Positions 9,378 through 19,541 are shown, numbered from the stretch's first letter. The stretch: 64,000 nucleotides of DNA from Candidatus Latescibacterota bacterium (GCA_965219455.1 OZ244744.1:2496001-2560000), one strand, 5' to 3'. Program-made: numbers and translations. The notes: generated by a model not told the origin, from the sequence alone.

Positions 9378-11120
9378 CTACGACGTACCCTCGACCCGCA
9401 CCGTGATAATGTCCATATCGTGATACTTCTGGTGGCGCACCGACGAAGCGTAATGGCGCAACAGGCGAAACGAGATTTCGTGTTCGTCCATTAACTCGGG
9501 CTGTTCACTCAGATACGCCAGCCTGTCCTCGAGGTTTTCTCCCGCCGGAGCGGCCAGAAACTCCAGTTCTGTCGTCCCTTCCATAAGCCGTGCGGTGAGG
9601 ACCAGTAGCCGTCCGCCCTCCGGCGCACTCTCCTGCGCCTGTTGTATCAGAATCGCCAGGGTCTCTTCCCCCGCGGCGCACAGCCGCCCGGTTTCCGGGT
9701 CGTTCCAGCCGTTACCTGCCGCAAACTTGCGGAGGAACTCGTCGATCCCGAGCAGCGAGGCGGTAGCCAACTCGACCTCCAGACGCTTCCGCCGTCGGGC
9801 CGTCAGTACCATGAACGCGGTCAGAAGGATTGCTGCAAGACCGCCTGCGGTCATCCCGTTGCCGAGCAACATGCCCCACGTCCCGCCAAGCAAGTCGGGG
9901 AAGATCACCTGACTCTGAAAACCCACACCCAGCCAGAATGACAGCCCCACCACTGTGGCCTTCCGGTGATCGATGCCATCCTCCACAATCAGCTTCATCC
10001 CCTGCACAAACAACAGACCGATCAAGACGGTAACATAGGCCGCGCCCACAGGATTGGGAATGGCAATCACGAGGGCCGTTACCTTGGGGGACAGGGCCAG
10101 CAATACAAATAGGATCCCGATATATACCCCGACGCGGCGCGCCGCGACCCCGGTGAGTTCGGCAAGCGATATGCTGGTGGAATAGGTCGTATTGGGGGGC
10201 GTCCCGAAAAGACCGGAAAGGAGGTTGCCCATCCCGTCGGCGTTGAGGGCGCCCTGCACCAGGCGGAAGTCGGTTGCCCGCGGCCGGCGGCGCGAGACCC
10301 GTTGAATGGCAACACCATCGCCAACGGTCTCGATCGCCCCGACGATCGTAACCACCACAAATGCCGGCAGCAACGCCCAGAACTCAGCGCTGAAAGTGAG
10401 ATCCAATCCCGGCCAGCCGTAATTGGGAAGACCGATCCAGGAAGCCTCCAAAACGGGACGAATGTCGTACAGCCCGAAGGCCGCGGACACCGCGCAACCC
10501 ACCACAATCCCGATCAGCGGCGCCCACAGCCGCCAGGCTGCAGGAGCGCGTAACGCCAGCACGACAAGGGTAACAAACGTCGCGCCGGCCGCGGCCGGCG
10601 GCGCGGCCACAGGCGTTCCCTCCGGCACATCCGTCAACAATCCGAAAACAATCGGCATCACGGTAACGGCGATCAGCATAATCACCGTTCCGGAAACGAC
10701 CGGCGTGATAATCCTGCGCAGAAGTGAAAGCCGCGCGGCCAGCGCGAACTGAAACAGCGAGGAAACAACGATCAGGCTCGCCATCAGGGCCGGCCCACCC
10801 TTCACCAGGGCCGTGATGCACACCGCGATGAAGGCGCCCGAGGTGCCCATGATGAGTACGTGCCCGGCCCCTATACGTCCAACCCTGGCCGCTTGCAGAA
10901 CCGTACTCACACCACTGACCACCAGTGCCGCGAAGGCGATCCAGTTCAGATAGCTTTCCGGTTGATGGGCCGCCCGGCCAATAATCACCGCGCTGAGCAC
11001 CACCGGCGCCAGGACCACAACGGCGGCCTGAAAGCCGACCGCAGCGGCGACTGAGTGGGGGGGCCGCTCGTCCGGCTCGTACCGGATGGTTTCGTTTGTA
11101 CGGGTTTTTTCCGAAGGCAT
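9378..11120 (-). CDS. NCS2 (xanthine/uracil) permease with an extra C-terminal HATPase/anti-sigma-kinase-like domain
   Basis: YEPDERPP N-terminus, GTSGAF, ETVGD, ADGMGNLLSGLFGTPPNTTYS NCS2 signature; about 140-aa soluble tail. Confidence 0.85.
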   Translation of the reverse strand: MPSEKTRTNETIRYEPDERPPHSVAAAVGFQAAVVVLAPVVLSAVIIGRAAHQPESYLNWIAFAALVVSGVSTVLQAARVGRIGAGHVLIMGTSGAFIAVCITALVKGGPALMASLIVVSSLFQFALAARLSLLRRIITPVVSGTVIMLIAVTVMPIVFGLLTDVPEGTPVAAPPAAAGATFVTLVVLALRAPAAWRLWAPLIGIVVGCAVSAAFGLYDIRPVLEASWIGLPNYGWPGLDLTFSAEFWALLPAFVVVTIVGAIETVGDGVAIQRVSRRRPRATDFRLVQGALNADGMGNLLSGLFGTPPNTTYSTSISLAELTGVAARRVGVYIGILFVLLALSPKVTALVIAIPNPVGAAYVTVLIGLLFVQGMKLIVEDGIDHRKATVVGLSFWLGVGFQSQVIFPDLLGGTWGMLLGNGMTAGGLAAILLTAFMVLTARRRKRLEVELATASLLGIDEFLRKFAAGNGWNDPETGRLCAAGEETLAILIQQAQESAPEGGRLLVLTARLMEGTTELEFLAAPAGENLEDRLAYLSEQPELMDEHEISFRLLRHYASSVRHQKYHDMDIITVRVEGTS

Positions 11121-11260
11121 TTATCTCTCCCGGTCGATCCGCGTAACAACCCGACTACAGGCGCCAGACCAACAGCAATATCTGGTCCGGGTGATACGCA
11201 CGAAAGGTCGTTGGCATCGATAGCTCCCTCCGTTGACACAACGCACAACCACTTTACTGC

Positions 11261-11290
11261 TTGACATTTCTGAACGACACGACCCATTAT
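11261..11290 (+). promoter_or_regulatory. Possible sigma70 promoter upstream of carbonic anhydrase
   Basis: TTGACA-18 nt-CATTAT. Confidence 0.35.
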
Positions 11291-11356
11291 ACCTACCATT
11301 ACCTGTCCATTGAAATGAATTTTCCTGCGGCGCAGACTCCTAGAGAACGCAAAAAC

Positions 11357-12139
11357 ATGACAGTTATCAAACCTACCATCTTGATGTGTATAGTGTGTAT
11401 TTTGATGATTGCATGTTCAGAGCCGGAGGATTCGCAATCCCGATTGGATAAGGTTGCGTGGGGGTACAATGCCGAGAACGGACCGGACCTCTGGGGCCGG
11501 CTGAGCCGGAAATATGCGCTTTGCGCCGAAGGGTCGGGCCAATCCCCCATTGACCTCCGGAACCCGACGCCGGCAAGACTTCCTGCCATCGTCTTCAACT
11601 ACCGGCCAACCGCCCTGAATATCCGCAATAACGGCCACACCATAGAAATGGCATTCACCGGGGAGAACCGGATCGAGGTTGCGGGTAACAAATACAACCT
11701 GCTACAGTGCCATTTCCATGCGCCGTCCGAACATACGATGGACGGCAAGTCATTTGACATGGAGATGCACCTCGTTCACCGAAACGAGGAAGGCGCGTTG
11801 CGCGTAATTGGTGTGTTGATCGAGCGGGGAAGCCACCACATCGCATTCAATCTTGTATCGGAGCGTTTACCGCACGTGCCGGGCGAAATGAAACACATCG
11901 AAGGTGTCTCCGTTAACCCCGGCGATTGGCTTCCGCGGGACGGGCGCGCCTATCGATATGAGGGTTCCCTGACGACCCCACCCTGCTCTGAGGGGGTCAG
12001 GTGGTTCGTGCTGGCATCGCCCGTTGAAATCTCAGAGGCGCAGATTGCCGCATTCGAAGCAATTGTTCACAAAAATAACCGGCCGGTCCAGGCGCCGAAC
12101 GGCCGCGAGATTCTTGTTGCTAACGGAGAGGAAAAATAA
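11357..12139 (+). CDS. cah: Alpha-class carbonic anhydrase, probable lipoprotein
   Basis: WGY, QSPIDL, NNGHT, HFHAPSEH, EMHLVH, GSLTTPPCSEGVRW, NNRPVQ; signal peptide ending LMIAC. Confidence 0.93.
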   Translation: MTVIKPTILMCIVCILMIACSEPEDSQSRLDKVAWGYNAENGPDLWGRLSRKYALCAEGSGQSPIDLRNPTPARLPAIVFNYRPTALNIRNNGHTIEMAFTGENRIEVAGNKYNLLQCHFHAPSEHTMDGKSFDMEMHLVHRNEEGALRVIGVLIERGSHHIAFNLVSERLPHVPGEMKHIEGVSVNPGDWLPRDGRAYRYEGSLTTPPCSEGVRWFVLASPVEISEAQIAAFEAIVHKNNRPVQAPNGREILVANGEEK

Positions 12140-12339
12140 CGCGGGAAATTGGGAGGCTGAAGATTCACAGGGAGAAATTCTGCAGCTCTAATTTCAAGTC
12201 TTTGAGTCTCGGACCGTATAGATTCAACCTGAGTGAAATCGATCCTTCCACACGACGGCTGTGTCGTCCGCTTTGATAAGACCCTTTGCATCAACGACGT
12301 GTCGTCGTACTGCAATACGACGTCGCCCAGGGTGCGCCT

Positions 12340-13644
12340 TCAAGTCTTACCCGTCACTGGAATCCCGTACCGGTGTAACGTGCTCGCCAGCGTGGGACGC
12401 CCCAGGCGAATTCTGCCATCGTTCAGCAGATAGGAGAACAGATACCCGGCGCCAAGCATGAGGATCCCGATGAGGAAACAATACATGACCGCTCTGTCGG
12501 GGTATACATCCTTGAGATACCCGACGTACAGGGGACCGGAGATCCCGGCGGCGGCCCAGGCCGTCAGGACGGCGCCATATATTGTGGACATCTTTTGGGT
12601 GCCGAAAACGTCAAGAACGAACGGCGGCATGGTTGCAAATCCACCGCCGAAGCAGAGCAGGACGTAGCAGACCAGCGCCGAGAAAATCCATGGATTGGTC
12701 TCCGTCATCAGAATGCCGAAGACGACCATCTGGCTGGCAAGAAGAACCCTGAAAATGGTGACCCGGCCGAACCGGTCCGAAAGCAATCCCCAGAACAGAC
12801 GCCCCAATCCGTTGCAGATCGAACTCGCGGCAATGAGCGTGGCGCCGTATTCCGCGAGTGTGGTCGGCTCGATCGAGGTGTCGGCCAGGCCCCAGATCTC
12901 CTGAAGGATTTCCGATTGGAAGCTGATCACGGAGATCCCCGCGGCAATATTAAAGAAAAAGACAATCCACATGATGATGAACTGGGTGGTGCGAAGGTAC
13001 GTGCCGGCGGATTCCGGTTCCCCGTATTCCAGCGCCTCATCGGCTATGCGGCCTGCGGGGGAAGCGGACGCAGGCGGATCGCTCAGGGCAAGGCTGCACG
13101 GAATCAGAATGCAGCCGAATATGACGCCAAGCCAGATGAAGACAAGCGGCAGGGTGCCGGCCGTACTCACAATCAAGAATGGCGCCAGACCCTTGCTCAG
13201 GAGAAAGGCGCCGACGCCGAAGCCCATGACCACGATTCCGGTGGCCAGGCCCTTACGGTCGGGGAACCACTTCGCCACGGTCGCGACCGGCGTCACGTAT
13301 CCCAGCCCGATTCCCGCGCCGCCGATCACGCCGTAACCCAGATAAAACAGCGGAATGGAATCCAGGTGAAGCGCGGCGCCGGAGATGACGTACCCGCATG
13401 AAAACAGGATGCTGCCAGTCACCGCAAGAAACCTCGGTCCCAACCTGGAGAGCATGTTTCCCGCCCAGGCCGCCGATACCCCCAGTGTAAAGATAGCGAT
13501 GCTGAAAGCCCACGCCGTTTCGGTATGCGTCCAACCCCCCTGGTGCACGAGTATCGTCTGGAAAAAGCTCCAGGCGTAAACCGTGCCGAAGCATACCTGC
13601 AGAACGGTGCAGAAGACCGCAATAGCACTTCGTGGAATGTGCAA
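12340..13644 (-). CDS. MFS transporter, oxalate:formate antiporter (OFA/OxlT-like) family
   Basis: GTVYAWSFF, GIGLGYVTPV, KWFPDRKGLATG, NGLGRLFWGLLSDRFGR. Confidence 0.9.
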   Translation of the reverse strand: MHIPRSAIAVFCTVLQVCFGTVYAWSFFQTILVHQGGWTHTETAWAFSIAIFTLGVSAAWAGNMLSRLGPRFLAVTGSILFSCGYVISGAALHLDSIPLFYLGYGVIGGAGIGLGYVTPVATVAKWFPDRKGLATGIVVMGFGVGAFLLSKGLAPFLIVSTAGTLPLVFIWLGVIFGCILIPCSLALSDPPASASPAGRIADEALEYGEPESAGTYLRTTQFIIMWIVFFFNIAAGISVISFQSEILQEIWGLADTSIEPTTLAEYGATLIAASSICNGLGRLFWGLLSDRFGRVTIFRVLLASQMVVFGILMTETNPWIFSALVCYVLLCFGGGFATMPPFVLDVFGTQKMSTIYGAVLTAWAAAGISGPLYVGYLKDVYPDRAVMYCFLIGILMLGAGYLFSYLLNDGRIRLGRPTLASTLHRYGIPVTGKT

Positions 13645-13658
13645 CGCCGATCCTCCCT

Positions 13659-14402
13659 CTACCCGGTCTTATCCGCCACCGGGCCGGATCCCCCCGAACC
13701 GGACGATTTTTCAGAGACGTGCCTGAAGAGACGAGCCAGATCTCCTACTTCATCATCACGCTCCAGAAGTTCTTCGCTCGAGGGCTTTTCCTCGCTTCGA
13801 TCGTCAGCCAGTTGCACGGCGTAGGCAAGAAGCCCTCCGAGAGGCTTTGCCGCAAGGTTGACCAGCCAGATCGAAGCCAGGACGCCGACAACGAGAAAAA
13901 TGCTGATCAGGATGACCTGCTGTCCGATGGCGCGCTGAATCTTGAGCGCAACAATGTCCAGGTCCATACCCACGTGCACCGTGCCGGCCACCCCAGCCAG
14001 GATCGGACTGCCGACTTCCAGGAAATCGCCCAGGCCCGGGATGCTTCGTTCAACCGGTTCGGTGCTGGACGGATCGCTCGCGAGGATTTCTTCGGGGATG
14101 CCCGGCACAAAGGTATGCGCCAGGTACTCGCCCTTCTCGTTGGTAATATAGATGTAACGGATGCCCTGAATCTCGACGAACTGATCGATCAGCGACTGCA
14201 GTGTCGCAAGATTCCTGTTCAGAAGGATGTCCACGCTGGCGTTGGCGATGGTCTTCGCAATGTCTTTGCTGTTGGTCGCGTACTCCGCCGACAACTGGGT
14301 GTCTACCGTGTAGATGCACAGGATAGACGTCGACAGCACGATCATCCCGAAGAGCGCGAAGATGCCGAACCGGGTCTTCTGAAAGAGCTTTTGTATCTTC
14401 AT
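13659..14402 (-). CDS. Membrane sensor-like protein: TM-periplasmic domain-TM-HAMP, with no output domain
   Basis: Two TM helices, KPL...DDEVGDLARLF HAMP signature, stop shortly after. Confidence 0.75.
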   Translation of the reverse strand: MKIQKLFQKTRFGIFALFGMIVLSTSILCIYTVDTQLSAEYATNSKDIAKTIANASVDILLNRNLATLQSLIDQFVEIQGIRYIYITNEKGEYLAHTFVPGIPEEILASDPSSTEPVERSIPGLGDFLEVGSPILAGVAGTVHVGMDLDIVALKIQRAIGQQVILISIFLVVGVLASIWLVNLAAKPLGGLLAYAVQLADDRSEEKPSSEELLERDDEVGDLARLFRHVSEKSSGSGGSGPVADKTG

Positions 14403-14403
14403 T

Positions 14404-15771
14404 TTACGAAAGCCAGCTTTCCCAGTCGCTCAGGGTGACAAAACGGCCGTCCTGTACGACGGTATAGTAGACTGTCTGGAGTCCCTGTCGACGGTCCGGA
14501 CCGAAAGAGACCTTTTCGCCGATACCAAGGTCGAAATCCCGTACCGAGAAGACCGCTTCCTCAAGCCCGGCCCTGTTCGGATTCTCTCCCAGACGCCCGA
14601 GAATCTCGGTCATCAGTTTGGCGTCGAGAAAGCCCTCCAGGCTTACGAAGCTATGCGCGAACGGGCTGTAGGGCTCCTTGACAAGCTCCTCCGGCACTGC
14701 GGGGTTGTAGCGCGCCATCAACTCGCGATATTCCCTGACCGCCGGTATGGAAGTGTCTTCATAGCTGGGCACGACCTGAGAGTTGACAAGATACCGGGTG
14801 TATGTCTCAGGGTCGTCCCGGCCCTCGCTCAGCAGTTGGAGAAGATTCTCGCTTCCGACGAAGGAGAGATTGGCTATGGGAACCTTAAGCCCAAGGTCGA
14901 TAGCGTCGCGGGCGAAGGCGGCGCAGGCGGCGTATGATCCAATGCAGATGACGGCGTCCGGAGAAGCGCCCTGCAGGATTTCAACCTGACTCCTCATGCT
15001 TCCGGTGAACCTCTGGCCGCGGTGGTAGGTCGCCTCGCCGGCAAGTTGCTCGCCGTGCGCATCCAGTGCGGCCCTCACTCCAGCCCATCCGCTACGGCCG
15101 TAGGCGTCGGCCTGATAGAACACGGCAATCCGCTTTCTGCCTGTCCCGATGAAATTATCCACGAGGCCGGCGGTCTCCTGGCGATAGGACGCCCGAAGGT
15201 TGAATGCGAAATCCCCGTACGGCGGCTCCCTCTGCGGCTGGGCGCCGGTAAACGGGAAAAACAGATAGACCCGCTCGTCCTGGAACTTCTTCAACAGGGG
15301 AAGCGCGCGAGTCACGGTTGGCGTACCAACGTACCCGAAGAGCAGGAACACGCGATCTTCCAGCATGAGTTTCATGGTGTTCTTGACGCACGGATCCGGC
15401 TGGTAACCGTCGTCGTAAAGCCTGAAGACAACCTGACGGCCGCCAATGCCTCCATTATCATTGACGTGGCTGAAGTAGGACTTCGCTCCCCGATAGAGTT
15501 CGCTGCCCAGCCCTCGCGACGGTCCGGAAAACGCGGCCGACATGCCCAGGACGATTTCGCCGCTGGCCACGCCTTCCGAGCCTTCGCCACTGCTCGGATT
15601 GTCTGCTGAAACCCTGTCTGATCCTCCTGTTTCGGCTCCGACGTTCCTCCAACTTCCCCAGGTTATCGCCAGAAGCCCGATAAGGCCTCGGCCGAGCAGC
15701 GACCTGCGCGTCAGGACCCGTGCCGGTCCTTTCTGCAAGGGGTCTCCGTCGGCACAATTAAGAATGTTCAT
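14404..15771 (-). CDS. Periplasmic substrate-binding protein (type 1, LivJ-like) with Tat-like signal
   Basis: TRRSLL Tat motif; LGMSAAFSGP, GGIGGRQV, DDGYQP, GYVGTPT, RASYRQE. Confidence 0.88.
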   Translation of the reverse strand: MNILNCADGDPLQKGPARVLTRRSLLGRGLIGLLAITWGSWRNVGAETGGSDRVSADNPSSGEGSEGVASGEIVLGMSAAFSGPSRGLGSELYRGAKSYFSHVNDNGGIGGRQVVFRLYDDGYQPDPCVKNTMKLMLEDRVFLLFGYVGTPTVTRALPLLKKFQDERVYLFFPFTGAQPQREPPYGDFAFNLRASYRQETAGLVDNFIGTGRKRIAVFYQADAYGRSGWAGVRAALDAHGEQLAGEATYHRGQRFTGSMRSQVEILQGASPDAVICIGSYAACAAFARDAIDLGLKVPIANLSFVGSENLLQLLSEGRDDPETYTRYLVNSQVVPSYEDTSIPAVREYRELMARYNPAVPEELVKEPYSPFAHSFVSLEGFLDAKLMTEILGRLGENPNRAGLEEAVFSVRDFDLGIGEKVSFGPDRRQGLQTVYYTVVQDGRFVTLSDWESWLS

Positions 15772-15852
15772 TCCGTTCCTCGCCAGCTGAAATACGATCT
15801 TGCTTGAATCCCCGCGGCTTCCGCGTCAATTCGAACGCGGGCCGATAGATCC

Positions 15853-16974
15853 TTAAAAATTATAGGTAAAATGGATGTCCAGCCGGTTGGCGATCCCGTC
15901 GTTCGGCCCCTTGTAGGTGGTTTTCCAATAAAGGTATTCAACCGCCACCTGGAATGGCTTCCACGGCCGGTAACGGCCCACCGCGTAGTAAGCACCGTTT
16001 CTGGTGCGCCCACCATCGGGCACTGCCTCCTTATCCGGCTGCTCCATCGTCGCCCCGGCGTACAGCTTCCATTGGGCATTGGGAATGACAACGATCTGGG
16101 CCCAACCCCCGGTGGACGCGATCTCCTCGCCAGTCGAAGTGTTGACCCCCTGGCCGATGCCGCCGCGAATATCGGTAAGATTCCTGCCTGTCCAGGCCTC
16201 GCCCTGAATAGCAAGTTGATCGGTCAGGGAGACCGATGCGTCAACGCCCACCGCGACCGAGGTAAAACGGGTCTTGTTGTCTCCGCCTACCGGGGAGCCT
16301 GTCGCCTCCGTACCCCAATGGGCCCAGGCGCCGGCCTTGAATTTTGGTTGCTCCAGCCCCAACCGCCCCTGCAGAAAGGGCCGCGCGGCATCCCAACCGT
16401 CCAGAATGCCATTCTTGTCCAGGTCTTTCTTGTCCACCGCCCCTGTCTGGCCTGCCGCCACCGCAAGGGAAACGCCGCCTTCCGGTTTGAACGTGAGCCG
16501 CACCTGGGGATGCCGGTCGCCCAGGTTGCCCGCGTGCCACATCAGGCCATCATTATTGGCGATCGGAAAGATCGGCGAAATCACGTCCCAGGCCTGGCCG
16601 GCGAGTAAGTGCCAATCCCCCCTTTGCAGATTGAAATAGGCCTGCCGGAGGCGCAGAATCTGGCGCGATTCGCTGCCGCCGTTCTGGAAATCCACCTCGA
16701 CGAGGCCACTTATGGTGGAAACTTCGTCCAATTTCACAGGCTTGAACCTGACCCCCAGGCGGGTGAGACGCGGGTACATGGTCAAATTGCCATCGTCTTC
16801 GGCGTCAGGCGGCTCCGGCTTTACCCAGAAACCGAACTGGTGACTTTGCATCCTGGAATCGTCGATAACGGCGTCGAAACGGACGAATCCGTAGATCGTG
16901 AATTCTCCGGCAAGAGCCTGATCCACAACACCCAGCAGGCAGCCCAGTACAGCTGCGGCAACTACCTTCTTCAA
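15853..16974 (-). CDS. Outer-membrane porin (DcaP-like)
   Basis: Signal peptide, YGFVRFD, TRLG, EVDF, LRLRQAY, LLAGQAW, terminal aromatic YNF. Confidence 0.8.
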   Translation of the reverse strand: MKKVVAAAVLGCLLGVVDQALAGEFTIYGFVRFDAVIDDSRMQSHQFGFWVKPEPPDAEDDGNLTMYPRLTRLGVRFKPVKLDEVSTISGLVEVDFQNGGSESRQILRLRQAYFNLQRGDWHLLAGQAWDVISPIFPIANNDGLMWHAGNLGDRHPQVRLTFKPEGGVSLAVAAGQTGAVDKKDLDKNGILDGWDAARPFLQGRLGLEQPKFKAGAWAHWGTEATGSPVGGDNKTRFTSVAVGVDASVSLTDQLAIQGEAWTGRNLTDIRGGIGQGVNTSTGEEIASTGGWAQIVVIPNAQWKLYAGATMEQPDKEAVPDGGRTRNGAYYAVGRYRPWKPFQVAVEYLYWKTTYKGPNDGIANRLDIHFTYNF

Positions 16975-17130
16975 GTATCGCTCCTTAACAAATAACGTTC
17001 CTGTGCTGAGACGGACCTTATGCGCTCCGAGCGTCGAATTCCTCCTGGCGAGAAGGGAGAGGAATGGTCGGACGCCAGCAACGAAATGCCGGCATTACCT
17101 GAAATTCCTTTCGACTCCTGCCCAAAGGGT

Positions 17131-17364
17131 CTATTCTTCTGTGGCCTCTTCCGCCCCGTCGTCGTCTTGAACGGGGGTTCGTTCAACGTATGATCGGCCC
17201 TTTTTGACGGCCTTATCGACACTGCGGCGAACGGATTCGCGGGATTCGACGCCGCTCCGGGGCGCCAGCAAAACGCCGGCTGTCAGTCCAAGGACGATGC
17301 CTGCCAACACGCCGGCGCCGAATACACTAAGACAAAGTCCTGCAGTATCTGCATTGCGATCCAT
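17131..17364 (-). CDS. YtxH-like small protein
   Basis: GAGVLAGIVLGLTAGVLLAPRSGVESRE motif; GAGG RBS. Confidence 0.8.
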   Translation of the reverse strand: MDRNADTAGLCLSVFGAGVLAGIVLGLTAGVLLAPRSGVESRESVRRSVDKAVKKGRSYVERTPVQDDDGAEEATEE

Positions 17365-17877
17365 GGAAGCCTCCTCGTCGGTTCATGGTGAATATTGATT
17401 CACGGTGAGTGATCGTGGCTATCGTACAGCCCGGAAATATCAGACCGGACGCCAGTGGCGAGACCCGGTCGTTTTTAACTCATGATTTTCAGGGGGCCAA
17501 TGACGAATGAATACCTGGGAATTCGCGGCGGTGTCGTGTGTTCGCATTCCTCCCAAGGCGAGATTTGCAAACAAAAACGGGCACTTGTGGCAGATCCCCA
17601 CAAAATCGCCTTTGGGTCGGAATCTCCCAAGAACCCCTAATTTATAATGCAAAGCATCAGTTTAGTCAATGCATTTGGCTAAATTTGCTGCGAAAAGGCA
17701 CGGGTAGTTCAAGATAACGAAGAAGAAATGCCCGCAGGTCTCATTGATGTTACCATTTCTGCAGAAATCTTCCGATCCGTTTATTCTTGAGGACGCAAAA
17801 CCCCTGCCGACGTGAACCATGGATGTCGCAGGCTGTCGTTCCAGTGCACGCTTCCGTGCCTTGTGGCCGGCGAACTT

Positions 17878-17970
17878 CTATAGCCCGCCTTCGACGTGTA
17901 CCGTAATAATGTCAATGCCGTGATATTTCCGGTGGCGCACCGAAGACGCGTAATGCCGCAGCAGGCGAAG
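17878..17970 (-). pseudogene. Remnant 3' end of a paralog of the NCS2-HATPase gene
   Basis: Translates to LRLLRHYASSVRHRKYHGIDIITVHVEGGL*, versus FRLLRHYASSVRHQKYHDMDIITVRVEGTS* at 9378-9470; in-frame stop just upstream. Confidence 0.8.
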
Positions 17971-18216
17971 CGGATGTTCTCATTTTCGCGTGTCAACTCA
18001 GAGGCCATCTGTCCCTCGCGGTCGGCCCGGCTGTGACCCATTGCCGTTCAATAGTCCCACGGAATCCGATACGGATGCGTAAACTCTCCCGGTTCGTCCA
18101 GCGCGATTTCGTATGCCGCCAGGTTCTCCGTTCGCACCCCTGGATAGGCGCCCCTCTCCGGCGTGCCGTTAGAGCGGCGCCGACGTTCCGGATCGTGTAT
18201 GGGCATCGGACCCCTC

Positions 18217-19488
18217 TCAACGACCGTAAAACCAATCCAGCGGATAAACGCGCAACACCAGTTCCCCGGGTTTTCTGGCCGTACGCTTCCGTTCTCCGAG
18301 TGTCACGGCCTCACCTGTATCCTCATCCGCCTCCACCCAACTCCGATGATACATCAGCAGCACCCGGTCGCCGTGAAACCACACGTTTGCGTAATCGAAG
18401 GTCGCGAAATCCTCGGGCAGCGTCCCCAGCTCCGGGAGCGCAACGACGGGGCTGACCGGATACTGAGGCGAAACCCGTGCCACGTCTTCCATCCCGCCGC
18501 TGAGTTCGATCGTCCTGAAGTGAGACCAACTGGCCCCGCTATCGCTCGAAACCGCCGCCGACAATCTTCCCCGCCGATACCCTCTCAAGATCTCCTCTCG
18601 GGACGTCTGGTTCCAGACGCACAACAAATCCCCAGTACCCGGAATCCGCCTGAGCCTGGGCGGCGAATACGAAGCGGCAAGATCGCCTGGCATCACGGGC
18701 GTCCAGGTCTCACCACCGTCCTCGCTGTAACTCTGCACCAGCCGCCCCACCGTGGACCTCGCCATCATCATCAACCGTCCGTCGGGACACACCGCCACGC
18801 CCGGCTCATCCACCGCTGTAATGCCTCCACGACCGTTCGGAATGCCCTCGGCGTCGAACCACCCCATCAACTGGCCCCGGCATATCTTCCATGTGCGGCC
18901 TTCGTCGTCAGAATAACTCACCGAGGCAATATCCACCTCCGGGTAATGGTAGTGTCCACTCACCTGGATGCGCCGGCCTTTCCAATACCCGTAGCTGCTC
19001 ACCCGCTCGTATTCCAACCCGGCGTGATGGTTGTTGCTGTGGCAGATCCGGCTCGGCATTACCATCCGCCCGTTCGGCATCTGAATCATCGTATCGTAAT
19101 ACGGCCCCCCGAGCAGATTCATCGGCCACTCTCCGGACCAGGACCTGCCTTCGTCGTCCGACACCGACAGAAAAAACGGATTCCAGTTGAACATCTCGGA
19201 CCCACGATGCCTATTTCTGCTCCCGAGGTGCGCGAGGGCAAGCCGGCCCGACTGCAACCGGATGCACGACAGGCAGGACGTTTCTCCAAGCGAATCCCAA
19301 TCGGGCGCTTCCGCCTTGTCCCAGGTCAACCCCGAATCTCCGGACCCGTAACATCTGCGTCCCGCAATCATCAACAGCCCGTTCCCCACTTCCACAACCG
19401 CAGTCGCACTACCTGCGCCCACCCCGATATGTTCTATAACGCCTTCAGGCAAAGGCTTCCGAAATATCGGCTTTTTTGGATCGGTCAT
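18217..19488 (-). CDS. Sialidase-family (BNR/Asp-box) beta-propeller hydrolase
   Basis: Five Asp boxes: SGDSGLTW, SDDEGRSW, SDDEGRTW, SEDGGETW, SSDSGASW. Confidence 0.85.
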   Translation of the reverse strand: MTDPKKPIFRKPLPEGVIEHIGVGAGSATAVVEVGNGLLMIAGRRCYGSGDSGLTWDKAEAPDWDSLGETSCLSCIRLQSGRLALAHLGSRNRHRGSEMFNWNPFFLSVSDDEGRSWSGEWPMNLLGGPYYDTMIQMPNGRMVMPSRICHSNNHHAGLEYERVSSYGYWKGRRIQVSGHYHYPEVDIASVSYSDDEGRTWKICRGQLMGWFDAEGIPNGRGGITAVDEPGVAVCPDGRLMMMARSTVGRLVQSYSEDGGETWTPVMPGDLAASYSPPRLRRIPGTGDLLCVWNQTSREEILRGYRRGRLSAAVSSDSGASWSHFRTIELSGGMEDVARVSPQYPVSPVVALPELGTLPEDFATFDYANVWFHGDRVLLMYHRSWVEADEDTGEAVTLGERKRTARKPGELVLRVYPLDWFYGR

Positions 19489-19523
19489 GCTTATGTCCTC
19501 CAGGTCTCGCGGCGTTGCTTGCG

Positions 19524-19541
19524 CTGAGCTTGTCGAAGTGC
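19524..19541. repeat. REP-like element of the TGAGCTTGTCGAA family
   Basis: Same core at about 59073-59110 (twice) and 63457-63490, all intergenic. Confidence 0.6.

Noticed and set aside
17400-17870. Long intergenic region as an ncRNA or tRNA
   Set aside because: No cloverleaf or known RNA motif recognised
18048-18206. About 51-aa minus-strand ORF (MPIHDPERRR...)
   Set aside because: Short, with no recognisable family
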